Positions 56,036 to 64,000 of a stretch of DNA of 64,000 nt are shown here, piece by piece. The position numbers and the translations under genes were made by a program. Every line of letters starts with the position of its first letter. Position 1 is the stretch's first letter. Source of the stretch: Gemmatimonadota bacterium (GTDB taxonomy: Bacteria; Gemmatimonadota; Gemmatimonadetes; Palauibacterales; KS3-K002); the NCBI GenBank assembly GCA_039586495.1, contig JBDHKG010000040.1, positions 6,681 to 70,680 of the forward strand, written 5' to 3'. Under the pieces are notes generated by a model. The model did no database searches, was not told the DNA's origin, and saw only the letters and a list, made by a program, of their open reading frames with translations.

Positions 56036-59000
56036 CGTATCTCCCCCGTCTCTAGCAAGAACTGCCCGAAGATGGAGATCTCGAGCTGCGTCGAGCCCGG
56101 GCGCTGCCCGAGCTCGCTCTGCGTGTCACGCCAGAACCCCTGCAGCCCGAGGACGAACGGCCGCATGTCAGCCCCGATCGTGACATCGATTCGCCGGATC
56201 CGCAGATCGATGAAGGGCTCGCACTCGGACACGAGGCTCTCTTGCCCCGGCGGCGGCTCCACCGCACGTCCCAGCTTGCGGCACTCCCTACGGTTATCCT
56301 GGGTGAATCGCAGCACGGCGCGCAGCGGGTTGCTGAAGATCCCGCTCTGGGCGAGCGCCGGGATCCGACCCGACAGCTGGATGGAGTGGTTCGCCTGGTC
56401 ACTGACGCTCGTACCGGTCGGATCGCGTCTCACCCCGTCGTTCATCGTGAGGTTGAAGTTGAGCGACCAGTCCGTCGTCAGCGATAGGTCGACGCTCACG
56501 GGGATCGACTTGATCTCGCTCTCCCGGATCTGGTCGGCGTCGAGAACCACGTTCCGCGTCGTACGTAAGCTGTAACCCGTACGGATCCCCAGACTCCTCA
56601 CCCATCGATCCAGGAAACGCGGCAGCGGCAGCCGAGCCCAGTTGAAGGTCAAGCGCGGCCACGAGGTGTTGCGATTCTTCGATCGGCTGATCGGCGTCCA
56701 GGTGAAGACATCGTTCTGCGAGAAGTCCACGTTGAGATTGGAGCCCAGCGGTAACTGCAGGCCCGAGGAGAACGAGATCCCTTGGTTGTCGATCACGCGG
56801 CTCGCGGTATCAGCGTCCTGCACCCGAAAGGCGCTGAAGCTACCGAGCCCGAGGTGATACGCCAGGTCCGGGCTCGCTGTCCGACGCTGATACAAGGAGC
56901 CCAGCGAGCCGGTCCAGGTCCCGGTTATCAGATCCAGGCGGCCCACCAGCGCCGACACCGTGCCCACGAGGCCGGACGGGTCCGGACCGAAGACGTCACG
57001 GAGCAGCGCCAGCGGGCTCAGGGTGGCGGAGAGGCGAAGCGTCCGCGAGCCGTTGAAATCGCGGGTCAGCACCGTGTCGCCATCCTGCTCGGCGACGAAG
57101 GAGGGACCTCGGTTGAAACCGAACCGCGTGTCAAATGAAGCCTGCGGTGTCAGCCACGCCGCCAAGTTCGGCCGGTACGTCCAGTTGACGTTCAGCTGGC
57201 GCGCGGTCTCCCAGCCCAGATCCAGCCCCGTCAGCTTGGAGCGCTCCGCGTCGATCACCCGCCGCGCGGCCTGTCCCTGCACCAACTCCGCGGTGGGAAC
57301 CAGCTCCCTGGTCTGGTTCAAGGTCACCCGCCCCGTGAGCGCGCTCAGAGGCTCCAAGTTCACGGTCGTGTTCGTCTGGAGCCGCTGATCCAGCATGCGG
57401 ATCGGCACAGCCGCTGTGTCCCCGGGCAGCTCGATGATCTGATCGAACCGTCGGGTCTCGGTCTCGGAGTTCACATAGTTGGCGTTCAGCTGTACGGACT
57501 GCGGCGTAAGGCGCAGTCGCGACTCTCTCACCGCTGCCGGCAGGAAGAAGAAGAGCTTGGCGAGCGGACCCGGGAAGAGCGGCAGCGACACATCCGCCAC
57601 ATCGTCTCGGAACGTGTAGCCCGCGCGGACAACATCGGACTCGCTTGTCGACCGGGAGTTCTGGTTCGTACGCCGGTCATAGGACAAGCGCAGGGCCGAG
57701 TTGTCGATGAACCAGCCCACCCACGGTATGCCCCCCGGCGACCGTCTGTCGATGGCGACACTCAGAGTGAAGCTGCGGTTGCTCGGCTTGCGCAGGCCCT
57801 CCAGCTGCTGCGCCTGTATGTCGGTGCGTGGCAACAGGGTGGGCTCGGAGGACGAGCTGGAGTAGCCCAGGTTGAGCGGTAGGTCTAACCCCCACGAGTC
57901 CGGCAGCAACTGCCCGAGCCGAAGCTGGCCGCCGATGCGGTACTGCTTGCTCGAACGGAAGCTGGGGCTCTGCGCCAGCTGACGGAAGTAGGGGTTCTCG
58001 CGCGAGTAAAACAGGTTCAGATTCAGGAAATCAGCCGCCCGTATATCCACGTTGAGCCGGCTAACGACGCCGGCGTTGTCGACGGGCGAACCCAGCCGCA
58101 AGTCATCCACCCACAGTTCGCCCGAGACGGGAGTGTCCGATCCCGAGTGATAGGCACCGAGCGAGATCTGGCGGACGGCCGCCAGGTTGGGTGCGCGCGA
58201 GCGCTGGCTGATAACGATGGCGTAGCTGCTGTCGCCGTCCTCAAACACATCGGCGTCCCAGAGCTCCAGCACACTGTCCACGGGCAGGCCGCCCTGGCGC
58301 AGCATGATCTCCTCAGCCGCGGCGCGTAGCCTGACGAAGCGGTCGAAGTCGATCTCGATCTCGGGCAGCCAGGCCTGCCTCAGCTCTTCACCCTGCGCAT
58401 CGGGGGGCACTGCTTTGAGCGGAGTCTGGAACATGTAGAAGTTCCTCGCGTTCTCGCCCAGCTTGACCAACAGGCGAAGCGGCTCACCTCCCGTGCCCCA
58501 GGGGCCATCGACACCCAGGGCCCAGACCCTGAGGCTGCGGTAGCCCAGGAGATCGCGCGGCGTCTGCGGGTACTGCAGGAACACCTCGGCGCGCTCGCCG
58601 GGGCCGACCTCGCTGAAGCGGATGCTCAGCGACTGCTCGTTGATCGTCGTGCCGCCGATGCTGAACTGCTCCGCCTCGTTCGCCACCTGGTCCGTGATCC
58701 CCGGCGGCGAAATGTAGCGGGCATCGAGCGTGCTGATCGGGCCGACCTCCACCAGGGCCTCGGGCAGGAGAGCGGACGTCGTGTCCGCCAGCCCCGCGAC
58801 CACGCCGGCGCGGCCCCGCTTCAGCCAGCGGGAACCGAGGAAGCGGACGCGCGCCAGGATCAGCCTGTTGTCTGATTCGGTGACCAGCGTGAACCGCATG
58901 TGCCGGACGTTCTGGAACTCCGCATCGCTCACGCGCTCGCGATGGTCAGGCCTACGCAGCGGGATGCGGAAGAGACGGAAGCGAGCAGTGCCGAAGTCCC

Positions 59001-62000
59001 TGGCATCGCGCACGAAGTACGGGCTCGACGGATCGCCGACGCGTACCGTGTAGCGGAAGAAGCGCTCGTCGGCATCGAGTACGCTGTTCTGGTTCAGGTC
59101 CTCGGTGTCCTCGAGCCCGTTGTTCCGGGTGCAGTTCGCGGCGACATCGCCGAGGGCATAAGCGCGCACGCGCGGCTGAGCCTCGCAGCCGCTGTCCCAG
59201 AGCCCGACGTCATCGGCGTTGCTCCAGATGTTGGGCGGGTCGACCTCCCGATCGAGCCGGCCGAGCCCGGAGGTCTGCCCCAGCGAGTCGATGCCGAACC
59301 CGTCCTCGCTGACCGTGCCCATGTCGATGATCAGGCTGGTGGAGTCGCGCAGAACTTCCGGTACGGCGACGTAGAACTCCAGGTACTCGATGGTCGTGAA
59401 GTCCTGGCCCGTCGGTGAGATCACGGTTGTCATCGACCTCCAGGCCGGACCGGGCGGCGGGTTCGGGTTCGGCGCAATCGAGCGGTTCTCCGGCAGCCTG
59501 GCGTCGATGGTGAGGACTGGCTCCGGCCGCCGCTGGCCTTGGATGCGGAGCTCGTCGTCGATGTCCTGCGGCAGCAAGCCGCCCACCGTCACCGCACCCT
59601 CGGAGGTCTGTACGACGTACTGGTCCTGCCAGACCAGCTCCGCCGCGTTCGCCTCCGTGAAGGAGATCGGTGCCACAGCCTCAGCACCCGCCGCGGTCGG
59701 AGGCGCCGACCCCAGGCGCCAGGCCCGCGAGCTCAGGAACAGCGAGAGGCCCGAGCCGCCCTCGAAATCCTCGACGAAGGTCACACCCTGGGTGTTGCTG
59801 TTTGGCATCGACACAGCAACCTCGCCGTCGAGCGAGATCGTGGACGCGGCCTCCGTCTCGAGTCCCGGCAGGGCGCTCACCAGCTTCGTGAGCCAGTTGG
59901 GGCGGAAGTTGAGCCGGCCGGACAAGCCGCCGAGCTGGACCGCGCTCGGCTCCAACCCCAGCTCCGGCCGCGTCTGCAGTGTCTTCTCTCGCTGTGAAAG
60001 TCCCACCAAGTTCAGTTCGCCACGCTCGCCGAGGGCGTAGCGCGCCTGGAATCCGAACACGGTCGTCGGTGCCAACTGGAACAGCGGTTTTTGCTCGAAG
60101 GCTACGCGAATCCGCGCGTTGGGGTTGTTCTGGAACCAGCGCTCCGGGTCGCGAAGCTCGATCTGGCCGATGTCGTAGTCGATGCTGTAGTCTTCGCCGC
60201 GGACCAGTTCCAGATCGTCGATCAAGACCTTCTCGCTACCCTCGCGCACCCCGCCAGCACCGAGCGAGATCGTGGAGAGGAAACCCTCGAAGCGCTGGCG
60301 GTAGGAGAGCGTCAGCAGGTAGAGGCTGGCGCCGCGACGGATCTGGTCGTTGGGCTCGTCATAGACCACCGGGTTCTCGTCGCCCGGATCCAGGGGAAAA
60401 GGCTGTCCCGAGAAGCCGAGCACGTCCCTCAGAGGTGGAGGCTCGCGGAACGGCTCCAGCGTCGGTGGGATCAGATAGGTGCCGCTCAGCCCGGCGGTCG
60501 CGCCCGCGCCCAACTCCGGCGGCTCGTAGATCCGGGACGCATCGATACGATTGTCGGTCGGATCGTCATCGAACCCGAAGATCTTCAGGAACTCCAGCTG
60601 CTGGCCGTTGGGTAAAGCACGGAACGTATTCCCGAGGTCGGGAGCCCCCTGCGAGATAATCACCTCCAGGCTGGTCGTAACCACACCCGGGCTCGCCGAG
60701 ACGCGATACACGTGGTGCATCTCGCGCCGCCAGGTGGCGGTGCCCGGTCGATGGTTCACACCCTTGATCAACTCGAGGACCGGCGCATCCACGTTCTCGG
60801 GATCGGCGATGTGGGCGTCGGAGACCTCCTCGGCGTTGAACGTCCCGATCTCCGTGCCATCCGCAGCCACGTAGGTGATTGCCAGCCCCTCCTGATCGGC
60901 CAGCGTGTTGCGCAGCTGAAGCCACAAGCCGCTCTGGTGGAGGATGTAATCCTCCCCGTCGATGAGGGAGCGAAACAGCCCGGTCAGCGTGTCGGTGACC
61001 ACGGTGTCCGCGCCGGCCTGGTTCAGGACCGTATCAACGGCCACGGCGACCGCCTTGATGAAGCCCTCCGGAACCTGGCCGCCGACGCCGAAGCCGACGG
61101 TCTCGTAGCGGTAGACCTTGACCACCGAGGCCGGTCGCAGATCGAAAGGCGCGTCCGAGGCTACGAGCCGCTGAATGTCGATATGGGGATAGTCGCTCAG
61201 ATGACGCGGACTGAAGAGGAACAGGAATCGCCCACGCTCGTAGTCGGCATCGTCCAGGATCGTTGTCGCGCTCTGCTCGAAACCCTGACCGCCTCCACCC
61301 ACCTGCAGCTCTCGTGTCCCCAGATCGCCCTTTTGCTGGGCCCACACGGCCTGGAAATCGATCGGCCCCATCTGGCCGGTGGTCCGGAACCCGAAGTTGC
61401 CCGCCGGGATCCCCTGGGTCAGATAGCGGCTCTGCGGCAGCGATAGGCTGACGTCACCGACCTCGAGGCGCTGGAGGATCTCGTCTTCGAGACCCTGATA
61501 GTAGACGTTGATGTTGTTGGCCGCGTCGAACTCACGGCGGTTGTCGTAGTCAACGCTCACATGGATGCGCTCCGAGATCGTGCCGCCCACGCGCGCCCCG
61601 AACTGGATATCCGGCTTGAGGGTCGGTAACAGACTCGGATTGCAGTTGAACTGGATCGTCACATCGCAAGGGCGAAAGCGGTTCCAGCCGCCGCCCACCT
61701 CGACTCGCCCTTGCACGGCCATACCGAGATCGGCGTACTCGCCGAACACATCGGGCAGCAGCTCCGGCCCCGCCTCGGCCGGTGCCGGCGGCCGGGCCGG
61801 GCCGAGTTCAGCCACCGCCGTATCCGCGCGCTCCGGCTCCGCTGGCTGAGCCGCCAGCTCCCGCCTCTCCGACTCGGCGACCGCGCGGCGCGCCGCTCGC
61901 ACCGCCAGAGGTCGGCTCTCCCGCCACGCCGCCGCCGTCCACGCGGCGACCTGCGCGGCCACCGTCTCCTCCCAGATCTCGCCCCACTTGCGGGCGCGCG

Positions 62001-62379
62001 AACGCAGCTCGGGGAGCTGGGTGGCGGGTTCCACCAGGCGCGACGCGAGATCGACCGGGAACGGCGGAGGCAGTGACTTGAGCCCGATGCGCAGGCTGTC
62101 CGGGCCCGGGCTCAGCTCCGTCGTGTCCGCAACCGCGCTCGTGTCCCCGCCGGCAGGTTCGGCCCCCACAACCCCTGTGTCCTGGGGGACCGGGCGGATA
62201 CCCGGCGCCGTGGTGTCCTGCGGAGCGGCGAGCAGGTGTGGCGCCGCGGGTGGCGGCAAGGGCTCGCCGCCCAGGCGTACGCCTCCCACGGGGCCGCGAG
62301 CGCCCCACGCTTGCTGGGGGGTCCAGCTCAGAGCCAGAATGGCGGCAGTGCCGCCGACGAACGTGAGCCTCAGGCGCAC
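56032..62379 (-). CDS. Giant (2115 aa) secreted beta-rich outer-membrane protein, SprA-like (T9SS translocon family)
   Basis: Signal peptide (AILALSWTPQQAWG). N-terminal region resembling conserved SprA blocks (…FGFRTTGQMGPIDFQAVWAQQKGD…). Amphipathic beta-strand pattern throughout; ends in an aromatic residue. Family recognition is from memory, not alignment. 4-nt overlap with the M28 peptidase gene. Confidence 0.5.
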   Translation of the reverse strand: MRLRLTFVGGTAAILALSWTPQQAWGARGPVGGVRLGGEPLPPPAAPHLLAAPQDTTAPGIRPVPQDTGVVGAEPAGGDTSAVADTTELSPGPDSLRIGLKSLPPPFPVDLASRLVEPATQLPELRSRARKWGEIWEETVAAQVAAWTAAAWRESRPLAVRAARRAVAESERRELAAQPAEPERADTAVAELGPARPPAPAEAGPELLPDVFGEYADLGMAVQGRVEVGGGWNRFRPCDVTIQFNCNPSLLPTLKPDIQFGARVGGTISERIHVSVDYDNRREFDAANNINVYYQGLEDEILQRLEVGDVSLSLPQSRYLTQGIPAGNFGFRTTGQMGPIDFQAVWAQQKGDLGTRELQVGGGGQGFEQSATTILDDADYERGRFLFLFSPRHLSDYPHIDIQRLVASDAPFDLRPASVVKVYRYETVGFGVGGQVPEGFIKAVAVAVDTVLNQAGADTVVTDTLTGLFRSLIDGEDYILHQSGLWLQLRNTLADQEGLAITYVAADGTEIGTFNAEEVSDAHIADPENVDAPVLELIKGVNHRPGTATWRREMHHVYRVSASPGVVTTSLEVIISQGAPDLGNTFRALPNGQQLEFLKIFGFDDDPTDNRIDASRIYEPPELGAGATAGLSGTYLIPPTLEPFREPPPLRDVLGFSGQPFPLDPGDENPVVYDEPNDQIRRGASLYLLTLSYRQRFEGFLSTISLGAGGVREGSEKVLIDDLELVRGEDYSIDYDIGQIELRDPERWFQNNPNARIRVAFEQKPLFQLAPTTVFGFQARYALGERGELNLVGLSQREKTLQTRPELGLEPSAVQLGGLSGRLNFRPNWLTKLVSALPGLETEAASTISLDGEVAVSMPNSNTQGVTFVEDFEGGSGLSLFLSSRAWRLGSAPPTAAGAEAVAPISFTEANAAELVWQDQYVVQTSEGAVTVGGLLPQDIDDELRIQGQRRPEPVLTIDARLPENRSIAPNPNPPPGPAWRSMTTVISPTGQDFTTIEYLEFYVAVPEVLRDSTSLIIDMGTVSEDGFGIDSLGQTSGLGRLDREVDPPNIWSNADDVGLWDSGCEAQPRVRAYALGDVAANCTRNNGLEDTEDLNQNSVLDADERFFRYTVRVGDPSSPYFVRDARDFGTARFRLFRIPLRRPDHRERVSDAEFQNVRHMRFTLVTESDNRLILARVRFLGSRWLKRGRAGVVAGLADTTSALLPEALVEVGPISTLDARYISPPGITDQVANEAEQFSIGGTTINEQSLSIRFSEVGPGERAEVFLQYPQTPRDLLGYRSLRVWALGVDGPWGTGGEPLRLLVKLGENARNFYMFQTPLKAVPPDAQGEELRQAWLPEIEIDFDRFVRLRAAAEEIMLRQGGLPVDSVLELWDADVFEDGDSSYAIVISQRSRAPNLAAVRQISLGAYHSGSDTPVSGELWVDDLRLGSPVDNAGVVSRLNVDIRAADFLNLNLFYSRENPYFRQLAQSPSFRSSKQYRIGGQLRLGQLLPDSWGLDLPLNLGYSSSSSEPTLLPRTDIQAQQLEGLRKPSNRSFTLSVAIDRRSPGGIPWVGWFIDNSALRLSYDRRTNQNSRSTSESDVVRAGYTFRDDVADVSLPLFPGPLAKLFFFLPAAVRESRLRLTPQSVQLNANYVNSETETRRFDQIIELPGDTAAVPIRMLDQRLQTNTTVNLEPLSALTGRVTLNQTRELVPTAELVQGQAARRVIDAERSKLTGLDLGWETARQLNVNWTYRPNLAAWLTPQASFDTRFGFNRGPSFVAEQDGDTVLTRDFNGSRTLRLSATLSPLALLRDVFGPDPSGLVGTVSALVGRLDLITGTWTGSLGSLYQRRTASPDLAYHLGLGSFSAFRVQDADTASRVIDNQGISFSSGLQLPLGSNLNVDFSQNDVFTWTPISRSKNRNTSWPRLTFNWARLPLPRFLDRWVRSLGIRTGYSLRTTRNVVLDADQIRESEIKSIPVSVDLSLTTDWSLNFNLTMNDGVRRDPTGTSVSDQANHSIQLSGRIPALAQSGIFSNPLRAVLRFTQDNRRECRKLGRAVEPPPGQESLVSECEPFIDLRIRRIDVTIGADMRPFVLGLQGFWRDTQSELGQRPGSTQLEISIFGQFLLETGEIR

Positions 62380-62436
62380 CTTTGGCCGATACGGGGGTAA
62401 CTAACTGGCGGCAGACCTGGTAAGTTACACGTAGTC

Positions 62437-64000
62437 ATGAAAATACTCCAACGGTACGTACTACGCGAGCACATCGGCCCCTTCGTGGCGGCGCTTGGTG
62501 TCCTCACCGGCCTCATGCTCCTCAATCAGCTCGCCAAGCGCTTCGGCGACCTGGTGGGCAAAGGCCTGCCCTGGTACTTGATCGCCGAGGTCTTCGGCCT
62601 CTCGGTGCCGTTCATCGTGGCCATGACCATGCCGATGGCCGTGCTCGTCGCGGTCCTCTACACGTTCAGCCAGCTGAGCAGTGACAACGAGGTCACCGCC
62701 ATCAAGGCTGGAGGAGTCAGCCTACTGCGCTTCATGTTCCCCGTCTTGATCGCCGCCGCGGGAATCGCGACCGGAATGGTATGGTTCAACGACGCCATCC
62801 TGCCCGAATCCAATCATGCGCTGCGCCAGCTGCTCTCAGACATCGGTCGAAAGCAGCCAACCTTCGAGTTGCGCGAGCGGGTGGTCAACGAGGTAGTGCC
62901 CGGGAAGCTCTTCCTGCAGGCGGCACGGATCGACCGGGCGCGGAGCGTGCTGGAGGATATGGTCATCTTTGATCTCGGCCGGACGGATGTGCAGCGGACG
63001 ATCTACGCGGACTCCGGCCACATGGCCTTCAACGAGACCCAGACGGACCTCTATCTCACGCTCTACGACGGCTCGATGCACGAGCTCGATCTCAGCGCCC
63101 CGAGGATGGACCAGCGGACGTACTATGCCAACCAGGTCATACGGGTCCCGGGCGTCAGCAACGAGTTGGAACGCGGCCAGACCGCTGAGTGGCGCGGCGA
63201 TCGTGAGATGAACGTCGCCATGATGCAGGAGGAGGTCGCCAGGCGACGCGATCGTCTGTCCGAGCTCCAGGACAGCGTCGCCACGATCGTCGCCGCGCTA
63301 TCACCGATTCGCGTGCAGCACGTCGACCCGGACGAGCTCGACGACGCGCCAGAGCAGATCGAGGACACCCCTGGGGCCGCGTTCGACGATGAGGAACGCC
63401 TACGCCTGGACGAGCGTGCAGAAGCCCTGCGCCTGCAGCGCAGGACTCGGCGTGCCACGGCGGTCCCCGCGGACGAGGAACCCAGCGACCGCGCCTCGAC
63501 GATGGCGGCAAAGCAGGCGCGTAGCCTCAGAGAGCTGATGCCCACGTCGCGACGGGAACGATGGCCGCCGGGGAGACCCGCGGTCGGCTTCGCCGCTTTC
63601 GTACGCAGCGAGTTACAGCGTGCCGCCTCGCGGATGAACCTCCAGCGCCGCGAGATCAACCGCTACTCCGTGGAGATCCACAAGAAGTACGCGATCCCAA
63701 TCGCCGCCCTCGTCTTCGTTATCATGGGAGCCCCCATCGGCGTCCGCTTCCCACGCGGTGGAATCGGCATGGTGATCGGGGTCAGCCTGACGGTCTTCTG
63801 CGTGTACTACGTGTCTCTGATCGGCGGCGAGGACGTCGCGGATAGAGGATATATGTCGCCGTTCTGGGCGATGTGGGCCCCCAACGTGATCTTCACGGCC
63901 GTCGGCTGCATCATCCTCTACTTCGTCGGGCGGGGAGGTACGCGACGCCCGTACGGCCGTCTGCGGGTGCTGAGTAAGCTCGTCCGGCGATCAGGGCGGG
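62437..64000 (+). CDS. LptF/LptG-family (YjgP/YjgQ) permease, partial (runs off window end)
   Basis: MKILQRYVLREHIGPFVAALGVLTGLMLL… family-typical N-terminus; 3 TM, periplasmic beta-jellyroll insert, further TM. No stop in window, so absent from the ORF track. Confidence 0.75.
   Translation, partial: MKILQRYVLREHIGPFVAALGVLTGLMLLNQLAKRFGDLVGKGLPWYLIAEVFGLSVPFIVAMTMPMAVLVAVLYTFSQLSSDNEVTAIKAGGVSLLRFMFPVLIAAAGIATGMVWFNDAILPESNHALRQLLSDIGRKQPTFELRERVVNEVVPGKLFLQAARIDRARSVLEDMVIFDLGRTDVQRTIYADSGHMAFNETQTDLYLTLYDGSMHELDLSAPRMDQRTYYANQVIRVPGVSNELERGQTAEWRGDREMNVAMMQEEVARRRDRLSELQDSVATIVAALSPIRVQHVDPDELDDAPEQIEDTPGAAFDDEERLRLDERAEALRLQRRTRRATAVPADEEPSDRASTMAAKQARSLRELMPTSRRERWPPGRPAVGFAAFVRSELQRAASRMNLQRREINRYSVEIHKKYAIPIAALVFVIMGAPIGVRFPRGGIGMVIGVSLTVFCVYYVSLIGGEDVADRGYMSPFWAMWAPNVIFTAVGCIILYFVGRGGTRRPYGRLRVLSKLVRRSGR

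Overview
This is a 64 kb high-GC (~68%) bacterial chromosomal segment; every real gene has long, Arg/Pro-rich antisense shadow ORFs, and nearly all genes lie on the minus strand. The gene content (SprA-like giant protein, type IV pilus, three sigma-54 activators) suggests an FCB-superphylum organism, possibly Gemmatimonadota-like; this is inference only.

The left ~10 kb is housekeeping: a 3'-partial sigma-54 response regulator, mogA, gcvT, hslU, hslV, xerC, trmFO and topA (Bacillus-like topA-trmFO-xerC-hslVU synteny).

From ~10.5 kb to ~62.4 kb there is an almost complete type IVa pilus and competence supercluster. In transcription order it runs: SprA-like giant protein, M28 peptidase, comEA, pilB, pilT, pilC, then a ~25 kb glycosylation island, then pilA, pilS, pilR, fimT-like, pilV, pilW, pilX-like, pilM, pilN, pilO, pilP, pilQ and an 880-aa Ig/beta-propeller lipoprotein.

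The glycosylation island contains three GT-C (ArnT/PMT/TMTC-like) membrane glycosyltransferases directly upstream of pilA, a GT2 polyprenyl-phosphate sugar synthase, two paralogous ~700-aa polytopic membrane proteins flanking a sigma-54 two-component system, methyltransferases, a bi-domain oxidoreductase, DUF354, GT4, a flippase-like protein and AsnB. This arrangement is the most interesting part of the window: a candidate, undescribed pilin or surface-protein O-glycosylation system that uses lipid-linked sugars.

Regulatory elements that can be read directly include a good sigma-54 promoter upstream of pilA, a classic intrinsic terminator after pilA, a sigma-70-like promoter upstream of pilM and a 19-bp perfect palindrome in a 519-bp divergent intergenic region. 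Three genes (pilO, a sensor kinase, comEA) show single-nucleotide frameshifts. One sits in a C4 homopolymer, which suggests draft-quality sequence or recent pseudogenisation.

A partial lptF/lptG-family permease ends the window. No CRISPR arrays, tRNAs, rRNAs or obvious mobile elements were seen.
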